Assembly: GCA_965227295.1 (NCBI GenBank)
Contig: OZ245742.1
Span: forward strand, 2,208,001-2,272,000
DNA: 64,000 bases
Source of the DNA: Leptonemataceae bacterium
Lineage (GTDB): Bacteria; Spirochaetota; Leptospiria; Leptospirales; Leptonemataceae
Direction: 5' to 3'
Below the pieces are notes generated by a model. The model saw only the letters and a program-made list of their open reading frames with translations. It was not told where the DNA came from and did not search any database. Made by a program: the position numbers and the translations under genes. The first letter of the stretch is position 1, and every line of letters starts with the position of its first letter. This document shows, in pieces, positions 37,886 through 46,466 of the stretch.

Positions 37886-39004
37886 ATGGAAAACTACGAC
37901 GTAATCATCATCGGCGGGGGGCCCGGCGGCTCCACCGTCGCCTGGAAGCTTGCCCGGTACGGCCTGCGGCCGCTGGTCTTGGACAAGGACGCGTTCCCGC
38001 GGTTGAAGCTCTGCGCCGGCTGGATTACGCCGGAGGTGGTCCGGGATCTGGAGATCGATCCGGCGACGTATCCGCATCGCTTCGTAACATTCAACGGCAT
38101 TAAGGCGCAGTACTTCTCCTCGTTCGGTACGCACAGCCTTACGTTCTCCGATACCCAGCACAGCATCAGCCGTACGGAGTTCGACGCCTGGTTGCTCGAA
38201 CGCAGCGGGGCCGAGGTGCGCAAGCATACGGTGCGCAGCATTCAAAAAGACGGCGACGAGTTCGTCATCGACAACGCGTATCGCGCGAAGTACCTGGTGG
38301 GTGCCGGCGGCACGCATTGCCCGGTTTTTCGCACGCTCTTCGCGGACCTGAATCCGCGCACGAAAGAGTATCAGATCGGCGCGCTGGAACAGGAGTTCGA
38401 GTACAACTACGAAGACGATACGTGCCGGTTGTGGTTCGGGGAGAACGGCATCGTCGGTTATTCCTGGTATGTTCCGAAGGGCAAAAACCTCATCAACGTC
38501 GGCATCGGCGGATTTTCCGAGTACATCGGCAACGGCCAGATCACTCTGCGCGAGCACTGGGATCTGTTCACGCGCCGCCTGGCGGACGAGGGCCTGGTCA
38601 CCGGTCACACCTACAAACCCAAGGGGCACACCTACTTCGTGCGCGAACCGGTGAAGGTCGGCCAGTTCGGTAACGCCTTCATCGTCGGCGACAGCGCGGG
38701 CCTGGCCACCCGGGACCTGGCCGAGGGCATCGGCCCGGCCGTGGAAAGCGCGTTGCGTTGCGCCGAGTCCATCGCCGAGAAGAAACCGTACTCCCTGGAA
38801 GGCCTCACCGAATACAGCGCCTTCCTGAAAGACAGCTTCGGCAATTCCTTCATGGATCGTTTCCTGGATCGGCGGGGCACGTTCTTCCGGGACTGGATCT
38901 ACGGCACCGGCTGGAAACGCAAGGAGGCCCGGGGCAAGAAGAAACTCGCGGACCTGCGCTCGTCGGAAACGGAATCCTCTAAAGAACCGGCGGGCGTAAG
39001 TTAA
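37886..39004 (+). CDS. FAD-dependent oxidoreductase, geranylgeranyl reductase family
   Basis: GGGPGGS, FPRLKLCAG, RTEFDAWL, GYSWYVPK, VGDSAGL..EGIGPA. Confidence 0.88.
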   Translation: MENYDVIIIGGGPGGSTVAWKLARYGLRPLVLDKDAFPRLKLCAGWITPEVVRDLEIDPATYPHRFVTFNGIKAQYFSSFGTHSLTFSDTQHSISRTEFDAWLLERSGAEVRKHTVRSIQKDGDEFVIDNAYRAKYLVGAGGTHCPVFRTLFADLNPRTKEYQIGALEQEFEYNYEDDTCRLWFGENGIVGYSWYVPKGKNLINVGIGGFSEYIGNGQITLREHWDLFTRRLADEGLVTGHTYKPKGHTYFVREPVKVGQFGNAFIVGDSAGLATRDLAEGIGPAVESALRCAESIAEKKPYSLEGLTEYSAFLKDSFGNSFMDRFLDRRGTFFRDWIYGTGWKRKEARGKKKLADLRSSETESSKEPAGVS

Positions 39005-39019
39005 GCCGGCGCCGTCCCT

Positions 39020-39907
39020 GTGCGTAAGATTCTCTACGCCGTCCTCGGAACCGCGGTCGTCACTGCCGCGGTTCTTTATTATCTGCACGTCGAACGTCTG
39101 CGCGCGCACGACCGTGCGGCCGCCGCCATGATCGCGGAGTACACGCGCTACGCCTACCGCACGGAGCGGCTGTTCATCGAGAGCCTGCCGATTTACGAGG
39201 ACTACAGCACGCCGGCCAGGGAAGCGGAGCTGCGTCGGTATCTGTTGCAGGATCATCTCGCCGCCGCCGCGAAGTACGGAATCGTGCCGCCGGTGGAAAG
39301 CGAGGACGCGATCGAAGGCCTGGCGGAGGCGGGGCGCCTGGTCTCCGTGCCGAATACGGCGGAGACGTCGTTCTTCTATTACAACGTAAAGAGCGAACAT
39401 CGTTATCTTACGCCCGGCGCGAAACTCGGCCTGGAAAAAATCGGCGAGCGATTTAACGCGATCCTGCGCGAGCGCGTGGAACGCAAAGTGAAAGCCGACC
39501 GGAGCGCGGAGCTGCCCCTCGTGAAGTTTGCGGTCTCCTCGGCCCTGCGTCCGGTGAGTTACCAGGCCGGGCTGCGCGGGCGCAACGCCAACGCTTCGTA
39601 TTTATCGTCGCACAGCGCCGGCGTGAGCTTCGATCTTTTCTACGATGAGTACTACGTGAGCCTCGATGATCCGAACATAGACGCACTGCCCGCGGAAATC
39701 GGCTTTGATCCGGCGTCCCAGGCCGAACTGCACAAGAGCAGCGCCGACAAATTGCGCCGCCGATTGGGCTATCTTCAGGGCGCTGCGCTGCGGCGACAGT
39801 TTCGGGCGATTCTCACCGAGACCCTGCTCCAGCTCCAGAACGAGGGCTGGATCTACGCCATCCTCGAACGCAACCAGCGTTGCTATCACGTCACCGTGCT
39901 GCGCTGA
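39020..39907 (+). CDS. DUF5715-like (DD-peptidase/Hedgehog fold) protein
   Basis: N-terminal anchor; SSALR, SSHSAGVSFD, ERNQRCYHVTV. Confidence 0.7.
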   Translation: MRKILYAVLGTAVVTAAVLYYLHVERLRAHDRAAAAMIAEYTRYAYRTERLFIESLPIYEDYSTPAREAELRRYLLQDHLAAAAKYGIVPPVESEDAIEGLAEAGRLVSVPNTAETSFFYYNVKSEHRYLTPGAKLGLEKIGERFNAILRERVERKVKADRSAELPLVKFAVSSALRPVSYQAGLRGRNANASYLSSHSAGVSFDLFYDEYYVSLDDPNIDALPAEIGFDPASQAELHKSSADKLRRRLGYLQGAALRRQFRAILTETLLQLQNEGWIYAILERNQRCYHVTVLR

Positions 39908-40021
39908 GCCGGGCCGATCGCTCCCCGGGATCGAAAAAATCGCGAAAGCCGGTTTACCGTCGAACCCTGCTGTCGATATTAGTGTCTAAGTATCGCACTA
40001 ACTTTCTCACAGGAACCCTAC

Positions 40022-40879
40022 ATGAAACTCTCTTCCTCTTTTCGGCGCCGGGCGGCGCGCTACTCCGTCATCCTGGCATTGCCTTTCGTTTTCACATCGT
40101 GCTTTAACATTCTGCATTACATCGACATCGGCAAAGACGGCAGCCTCAGCATTCGCTGGCGCATGGGCGTCAGTGCGGCGCTGGCGGAAATGTCGGAACA
40201 GAACGCCGAGCCGGGCAAAAAAAGCATGACCGAAAGTCTCGCCGAGGCGGAGCAGGAAATCAAAGCGGCCTTCGGCAGCATCGCGCAGAACATCAAGGTC
40301 ATGCAGTTCAAGAACCCGCAGGCCAGCGGTCTCGACGTGCAGTTGAACGTGAAGGACCCGAAGAAGCTCAAGCAGGACGCATTACCCGAGGACGAAATGC
40401 CGATCCTGCCGGCCTACGACGCCGGCAAAAAGAAGCTCACGTTTCGATTCACGCAGAGCAACACGTCTTCGCTCCAGGGCGAAGAAGAGCAGAGCCCCAC
40501 GAAACCCATGGGCCCGAAGGATGACGGCGCGGGCGAGATGGACGACGCGGAAGATTCCGCGGGCGGCGAGGGCGAAGCCGAAGGCGGCATGGCCGAGGAC
40601 GACGGCATCGAAGAAAACCCGTACGGCCCCGGCGCCGAGGACGGCATGGCGGCCATGAGTGAACGCCTGGGAGCGCTCTTCGGATCCATGGCGACGTACG
40701 ACATCTTTTTAGGTCCCGGTGTCAAACCGAAGGCCGTCTACATTCAAACGCTGGCAGGGGAGAAGGTCGACGACCTGGAAATCCTGAAGCTCGGAGAACA
40801 ACACCTGGTGCGCTTCCCGCTCCTGGGCATGATGATGCAGTTCGAGGACGGCTTTGAGTTAGTGGTGGAGATGAAGTAG
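40022..40879 (+). CDS. Hypothetical lipoprotein with acidic loop
   Basis: FVFTSC lipobox; D/E/G-rich segment. Confidence 0.75.
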   Translation: MKLSSSFRRRAARYSVILALPFVFTSCFNILHYIDIGKDGSLSIRWRMGVSAALAEMSEQNAEPGKKSMTESLAEAEQEIKAAFGSIAQNIKVMQFKNPQASGLDVQLNVKDPKKLKQDALPEDEMPILPAYDAGKKKLTFRFTQSNTSSLQGEEEQSPTKPMGPKDDGAGEMDDAEDSAGGEGEAEGGMAEDDGIEENPYGPGAEDGMAAMSERLGALFGSMATYDIFLGPGVKPKAVYIQTLAGEKVDDLEILKLGEQHLVRFPLLGMMMQFEDGFELVVEMK

Positions 40880-40888
40880 GCTAATTCC

Positions 40889-40999
40889 ACTCCGAGGACC
40901 GAGACACCGAGTTCAAGCGACGAGGGTTTGCATAACCCGATTGCGTTCAGCTTACGAACGCCTCCACGTGCTTCTCCTCGGCACCTCGGTCCTCGGAGT
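40889..40999. repeat. REP/MITE-like element with inverted arms
   Basis: actccgaggaccgag at 40889 and ctcggtcctcggagt ending 40999 (perfect 15-bp inverted repeat), between convergent genes. Confidence 0.88.
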
Positions 41000-41001
41000 T
41001 C

Positions 41002-41976
41002 TTAATTCTTCTCGCTGCCTTTTTTCATTTTGCGAGCCTGCATCAGGAAGCGCAGCGCCTTGTCGGTGTCGCCGTTGAACAGGTGCAGGAAACTCAAATC
41101 CACCATGTCTTTCAAATCGTTCTGAAGATCACCGGCGTCTTCACCGGCCGCGGCTTTGCCCTGCGCCAATCGCGCCTTGCGTTGTTCGATCTTCTTCCGT
41201 AAGCGTGTCGTGCGTTCGCGGATTTTGTTGTCGATGCCTTCGAACATTTCCGCGTACTCGCTTTCGCGTTCCGCGCGCGCCGCTTCTAAGTGTTGCGTAA
41301 ACGAAACGTATTTTTCCGAGGATTGCGTGAGCTTTCGGTACTCGTTCAGCGAGTCCTCGTAGCGATCCAGCTTCAGTAAGAGGCCGGCGCGCAGGTTTTC
41401 CAGGAACGCGTCGCCGCCTTTTTGTGCGCGGGCCTGGTAGCTCTCAATGACCTTCAGCGCTTCTTCGAAACGTTCCTGATCGCTCAGCGAAACGGCGAGG
41501 CCCAGGGCCGCGGGGCGGGAGCCGGCGTCGATCTTGAGCGCGTTCGTGAAGTAGATGGCGGCCTTGTCGTAGCGCTTTTGTTTGTCGTAGACGTAGGCCA
41601 GTAAGATGTGCGCTTTCAGCAGACGTTTGTCCGTCCGCAGCGCGGACTTGAGGTACTGCTCGCACTCCGGCAGCCGGCCGAGTTTGTAACATTCACTGCC
41701 CAGGTTGAAGTACACGGCCGCGTCCTCGCCGAGTTCTAAGGCGCGCCGGAAGAAACCTAACGCCAGGTCCGGCCGCCGCGCGCGGGAATAGATGGCGCCC
41801 AGGTTCACGAAGGCCTGGCGGAAGTTCATGTCCTCCCGGGCCGCCGCCTTGTAGAGTCGCAACGCCTCGGGGATCTTGCCCGCCTGTTCGGCCCGGAGAG
41901 CCGCCGTGTAGTATTCTTTTGCTTTGCCTGCCATTTGATCGATGTTTGCCGGAAGTTCTAACGTCGCCGCGCCCAT
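41002..41976 (-). CDS. TPR repeat protein
   Basis: Successive TPRs (AFVNLGAIY, VYFNLGSECY, AHILLAYVY); start uncertain. Confidence 0.88.
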   Translation of the reverse strand: MGAATLELPANIDQMAGKAKEYYTAALRAEQAGKIPEALRLYKAAAREDMNFRQAFVNLGAIYSRARRPDLALGFFRRALELGEDAAVYFNLGSECYKLGRLPECEQYLKSALRTDKRLLKAHILLAYVYDKQKRYDKAAIYFTNALKIDAGSRPAALGLAVSLSDQERFEEALKVIESYQARAQKGGDAFLENLRAGLLLKLDRYEDSLNEYRKLTQSSEKYVSFTQHLEAARAERESEYAEMFEGIDNKIRERTTRLRKKIEQRKARLAQGKAAAGEDAGDLQNDLKDMVDLSFLHLFNGDTDKALRFLMQARKMKKGSEKN

Positions 41977-42161
41977 GTCACCATTGTCGGCAACAAAAGG
42001 GGAATGCGAAGGCAAAGATCTTTTGGGCGTTCCGGACGGCGCCAGGCCCAGGCGCCGTCCGGCGGGCCACTCCGGGCTCCGCTTCGCTTCGGTCCTTCGG
42101 ACTCGCGCTACGCGCGACCCTGCGTGTCCCTAACGCGAAGAAAAATCTTTTCTTCTTCTAT

Positions 42162-42185
42162 CCTCGGTATCTCGGTCCTCGGAGT
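42162..42185 (-). repeat. Single REP-like arm directly after the nadC stop
   Basis: Minus strand TAG-actccgaggaccgagataccgagg. Confidence 0.8.
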
Positions 42186-43097
42186 CTATTCATCCATCTC
42201 CAATGACAAATCCAAAAACCGCGTCGTATGCGTGAGATAGCCCATGCTCACACCGAGTTTGCCGAGGCCGTGCAGTTCCGAAAGTTGTTCCGGTTTCCAG
42301 CCGCCGCTGACCTCGATGAACGGCGCGCGTTTGCCCCGGGCGGTGGCCTGTTGCACCAGTTTGACGGCCTCGCCCACCTGCTGCGCGTTCATATTGTCCA
42401 GCAGCACCACCTCCGGTTCCAGTTCCAGCGCTTCTTTGAGTTGCTCCAGTCGATCCACTTCGACGTCCAGCGGCAGGCCGGGTTTGTGTTCGCGAATGCG
42501 CCGGATGGCCGCGCTTACGCTGCCTGCCGCGGCGACGTGATTGTCCTTGATCATGGCCATGTCGCTCAAATGAATGCGATGGTTCGTGCCGCCGCCGCAG
42601 TAGACCGCGTACTTCGCCAGGCGGCGATAACCGGGCAGGGTCTTGCGCGTATCCAGCACGGCAATGTCCGCGCCGGCCCGGGAGACCGCGGCGGCCGTGC
42701 TGGTGCTGATGCCGCTCAAATATTGTAAAAAGTTCAACATGGGCCGTTCGAGGCGCAGGATGGCGCGCAGGGTGCCGGAGAGTTCCAGCAGGGCGTCGCC
42801 TCTGTCAAAGGTCTCGCCGTCGTTCCGGTGTGGTTGGATCTTCGGAGCCTCCGTCCCCGTGGTTTCCGCGTAGACCGCGCAGAGGCTGTCCACGACGGGA
42901 AGACCGCAGAGCACGCCGGACTCTCGCGCGACGATGCGAGCGCTGCGCCGCTCGGACTCCGGAAAGACGGCCTCGGAGGTCGGATCGCCGTCGGGGGTGT
43001 CCTCGGCCAGGGCGAGGCGGACCAGAGGCTCGCAATCGGCCTGGCTCAGGCTGCGAACGGGTTGCGTGTAGTGCGGGCGAGGGTCCTCGGGAATCAT
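42186..43097 (-). CDS. nadC: Nicotinate-nucleotide diphosphorylase (quinolinate phosphoribosyltransferase)
   Basis: ALAED..D.TS, LDTRKTLPG, NHR..LSD..MIKDNH, VEV, LLDNM, EVSGG. Confidence 0.95.
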   Translation of the reverse strand: MIPEDPRPHYTQPVRSLSQADCEPLVRLALAEDTPDGDPTSEAVFPESERRSARIVARESGVLCGLPVVDSLCAVYAETTGTEAPKIQPHRNDGETFDRGDALLELSGTLRAILRLERPMLNFLQYLSGISTSTAAAVSRAGADIAVLDTRKTLPGYRRLAKYAVYCGGGTNHRIHLSDMAMIKDNHVAAAGSVSAAIRRIREHKPGLPLDVEVDRLEQLKEALELEPEVVLLDNMNAQQVGEAVKLVQQATARGKRAPFIEVSGGWKPEQLSELHGLGKLGVSMGYLTHTTRFLDLSLEMDE

Positions 43098-43224
43098 CGT
43101 AAATGTACTATATTTTTTGGTTGTGCGATTCTGCAAATCCTATACGCTTCGTATGAATGGGAGCAGACGCTCTCAGTAAAACACACACACTTGCTATTAC
43201 GCAACGTCAGCGGGGACACACATT

Positions 43225-43926
43225 ATGTCGGGTCGTTCACAGTTAATTCGGGCCAAATACGTGAAGGGCGAGGCAACCCTGGAGAAAATCCGGGAAGCCT
43301 GTCTGGAAGAGATCATCGCCTTCGGGTATCAGCGCACGAGCGTTTGCGAAATCGTACGTCGCGCGAACCTTACGCGGGGAGCCTTCTATAACTACTGGAC
43401 CTCGCTGGACGACTGCCTGGCCGATCTCATCTCCAACATTCGCGAACTTGTGCAAACCGACGAGGACGCTGTCGAGTTCAGCAAAACCATCGCCGACGAT
43501 CCTTCGGCCACCGTGCGAAAAATCCGCCTGGCGTTCTACAGCTTCGAAGAGAAGCAGTCTCGTTTTCTGCTGCTGCCCCTGGCGTTGTTGCAGGAAAAGA
43601 ACATCGCCAACGAAGAACTCAAGAACATTCTCCGCGACTATCTCATGCGCGTAAAGGGCGAATACGTCGAAGTCATCCAGGCGGATCAGGAAGCGGGCAT
43701 CATCGATCCGGAGCTGGAAGCCGACGTCCTGGCCGTAGCGCTCATGAACTTCTTCAAAGGTATCTTTGAAAAGAACGTGCTCGCCTTCGACGAATTTCGG
43801 GTGCCCATCCGCAAGGCCATGATGCTCTTCCTGGAAAGCTCTCTGTCCACGGACTATCTCAAGGACCACCCCATCCAGGACGTCTTCGAGTTGAAGCAGG
43901 ACACGCAGCCGGCCGCTCCGGCCTGA
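43225..43926 (+). CDS. TetR/AcrR family regulator
   Basis: GYQRTSVCEIVRRANLTRGAFYNYW HTH. Confidence 0.9.
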   Translation: MSGRSQLIRAKYVKGEATLEKIREACLEEIIAFGYQRTSVCEIVRRANLTRGAFYNYWTSLDDCLADLISNIRELVQTDEDAVEFSKTIADDPSATVRKIRLAFYSFEEKQSRFLLLPLALLQEKNIANEELKNILRDYLMRVKGEYVEVIQADQEAGIIDPELEADVLAVALMNFFKGIFEKNVLAFDEFRVPIRKAMMLFLESSLSTDYLKDHPIQDVFELKQDTQPAAPA

Positions 43927-43930
43927 GCGA

Positions 43931-44368
43931 TCAGTAGCGTAGCGTGCTCGCGCGTTCCTGTGGAAGTTCGTCGAGTTGCGCTTCCACAAAGCGCCGTTGC
44001 CCGTCCGGCCGGCGCACAATCAGCTCCAGGGCATCGCCCGGCCGCATGGATCGGATGCGACGTTGCAGTCCGGTTCCGTCGTAGACCGGCTCACCGCCGG
44101 CCATGGTAATCACGTCGCCCACCTGCAGGCCGGCCCGCTCCGCCGGACTTTGCGGCAGGACTTCAATGACCCGCGCGCCCATGCCCCGGGCGTCACCGCT
44201 GACGTAGAGTATTCCCAGATAAGCCGGTCCGCGGCGCACGGGACTGTGCTCCACCGCAGGTTCGGCCGGCGGAGGCGCGCTCCGGCACGCGCCGGCGCAG
44301 AGCAATGCCGTGAGCAGGGCCGCTGCCAGGCCCGACCAGGGAAGAGATTTGTACGATGAGACGGCCAC
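43931..44368 (-). CDS. PDZ domain lipoprotein
   Basis: CAGAC lipobox; YLGI, SPAERAGLQVGDVI. Confidence 0.85.
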   Translation of the reverse strand: MAVSSYKSLPWSGLAAALLTALLCAGACRSAPPPAEPAVEHSPVRRGPAYLGILYVSGDARGMGARVIEVLPQSPAERAGLQVGDVITMAGGEPVYDGTGLQRRIRSMRPGDALELIVRRPDGQRRFVEAQLDELPQERASTLRY

Positions 44369-44447
44369 GAGTCGATCCTCCGGAAGACCGCGGTGCGTGC
44401 GGCCTGCTGGAGGTAGGATCGTCCGAACGGCCAGGGAGCTTTACGAC

Positions 44448-44702
44448 TCAGCGCCGCTGCGCGCGGGCTTTTTTCTTCTTTTTTGCGGCTTTCTTTTTGG
44501 CCGTTTTCTTTTTCGCGACGGCCGGTTTACGCTTCAGTGGTCGCCGGCGCGGCTTCGGCCAATTCTTGCGGTGGGCCTGGTCGGAAATGGCTTTCGGGGT
44601 AACGCCGTAGCGGGGTGCGATTTCCGCCGGCTCCGACCCGGATCGATAGGCCTTTTCGATCGCCTGTTTTTGTTGCGGGGTAAGATCTGCCCAGTATTTC
44701 AC
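44448..44702 (-). CDS. Small basic protein: HTH-like core plus Lys/Ala-rich tail
   Basis: AYRSG..EIAPRYGVTPKAISDQAHRKNW followed by AKKKTAKKKAAKKKKK. Confidence 0.7.
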   Translation of the reverse strand: MKYWADLTPQQKQAIEKAYRSGSEPAEIAPRYGVTPKAISDQAHRKNWPKPRRRPLKRKPAVAKKKTAKKKAAKKKKKARAQRR

Positions 44703-44893
44703 TTTCGCTTGCTCCGATGGTTCTTGTTTGTCGCTGGACCGCTAAGTTATAGTGCTTTGTGATTAGTTTATGTTGCGCTAACTAAATGTTAACAAAAAGC
44801 AATTCTTGACTGCGGATTTCACTTTCAGTAGACGAAAAATCCCTGCGTTCCCCGCGTTTTCGGCGGCGGAATTCCGCTGGAAATTCTACGGCC

Positions 44894-46435
44894 GTGTCGC
44901 AGCCTGTGTCCGTGCCAGATGCCAGGACCATCCAGACCGTTCTCATTGCAAACCGCGGCGAGATCGCCGTGCGTGTCATCCGTACCTGCCGCAGCCTGGG
45001 CCTGCGTACGGTCGCAGTGTACTCGGACGCCGACCGCGACATGCCCCATGTCCGCCTCGCCGACGAATCCGTACACATCGGCCCCCCGGAGGCGGGGCAG
45101 TCCTATCTCGACGTGGAGCGTATTCTGCAAGCGTGCCGCAGTTCCGGGGCGGATGCGGTGCATCCCGGCTACGGTTTTCTGTCGGAGAACGCCGGTTTCG
45201 CCCGGGCCCTGGACGAGGCCGGCATCGTATTCATTGGTCCGCGGCCGGATACCATCGAACGCATGGGGGACAAGATCCGCGCGCGGCAGATTATGGAGGC
45301 GAGCGGCGTGCCGGTGGTCCCGGGGTATCACGACGGCGCGCAGGACGAGGCCGCCCTGGTGAAGGAAGCCGAGCGTATCGGATATCCGGTGATGATCAAG
45401 GCGTCGGCGGGCGGCGGCGGCCGCGGCATGCGCGTGGTGCAGAACGCCGGCGACTTTGGTGCGGCTCTCGAGAGCGCGCGCCGCGAAGCGCAGAACGCCT
45501 TCGGCGACGACCGGGTCTTCCTGGAAAAGTTCGTCACCGCGCCGCGGCACATCGAGATCCAGGTCTTCGGCGACAGTCACGGGAACATCGTGCATCTCTT
45601 CGAGCGCGAGTGTTCCATCCAGCGGCGGCACCAGAAGGTCATCGAAGAGAGCCCGAGCCCGGCCCTGGACGAGGCCTCGCGTGAGGCGATGGCGAAGGCC
45701 GCGGTGGAAGCGGCCCGGGCCGTGGACTACCTCGGCGCCGGGACGGTGGAGTTCATTTACTCGGACGAAAGCCGCAGCTTTTATTTTCTCGAGATGAATA
45801 CGCGCCTGCAGGTGGAGCATCCCGTTACGGAACTCGTGACCGGTACGGATCTCGTGGCGGAACAGATTCGCGCGGCCGCGGGTCTGCCGCTTTCGTTTAC
45901 GCAAGCGGATCTCAGCCAGAGCGGTCACGCCATCGAAGCGCGGTTGTACGCGGAGGACCCGGCGAAGAACTTCCTGCCCTCCACGGGCCGCGTCCACGTC
46001 TTTGATCCTGCCGCGGGGGAGGGCGTGCGTGTGGACGGCGGTGTGGAGAGCGGGGACGAGATTTCGATTTATTATGATCCCATGGCCGCGAAGATCATCG
46101 CCCACGGCGCGAACCGCGCGGAGGCGATCGATCGTTTGTTGCGGGCGCTGCGCGAGACGGTGTTCTTCGGGCCGGCGAACAACTTAACCTTTCTTCAGGA
46201 AGTGTTAGCGCACCGGGATTTTCGGGCCGGCAAGTTTACCACGGGTTTCCTGGATCAGCACTTCGCCGGCTGGCGCGGCCCGGTGCTCTCGCCGGCGCAA
46301 CGCGAGACGGCGCGACTCGCGGCGGGTTTGTTGTTCTTTGAAGGCGCGGCCAATGAACCGGCGGCGAGTGTGGCGAACACCGGCGGCGACGTGGCGCCGT
46401 GGCACGATCTGGAAGGTTTTGCGTTGTGGTCTTGA
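44894..46435 (+). CDS. Biotin carboxylase subunit of an acyl-CoA carboxylase (no biotinyl domain)
   Basis: IANRGEIA, HPGYGFLSEN, GGGGRGMR, ERECSIQRRHQK, EMNTRLQVEH; no AMKM. Confidence 0.93.
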   Translation: MSQPVSVPDARTIQTVLIANRGEIAVRVIRTCRSLGLRTVAVYSDADRDMPHVRLADESVHIGPPEAGQSYLDVERILQACRSSGADAVHPGYGFLSENAGFARALDEAGIVFIGPRPDTIERMGDKIRARQIMEASGVPVVPGYHDGAQDEAALVKEAERIGYPVMIKASAGGGGRGMRVVQNAGDFGAALESARREAQNAFGDDRVFLEKFVTAPRHIEIQVFGDSHGNIVHLFERECSIQRRHQKVIEESPSPALDEASREAMAKAAVEAARAVDYLGAGTVEFIYSDESRSFYFLEMNTRLQVEHPVTELVTGTDLVAEQIRAAAGLPLSFTQADLSQSGHAIEARLYAEDPAKNFLPSTGRVHVFDPAAGEGVRVDGGVESGDEISIYYDPMAAKIIAHGANRAEAIDRLLRALRETVFFGPANNLTFLQEVLAHRDFRAGKFTTGFLDQHFAGWRGPVLSPAQRETARLAAGLLFFEGAANEPAASVANTGGDVAPWHDLEGFALWS

Positions 46436-46466
46436 TGTTTGTCTTCGGCACTGCCTGAGTGCGAAG

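Noticed and set aside
37871..39400. 509-aa minus-strand ORF (also 44825-46105, 36477-37598, 50070-51293)
   Set aside because: Overlap recognisable genes on the opposite strand or in another frame and lack family motifs.
43142..43154. ATACG-CTT-CGTAT dyad upstream of the TetR gene
   Set aside because: Only 5-bp arms and a single occurrence; too weak to call an operator.
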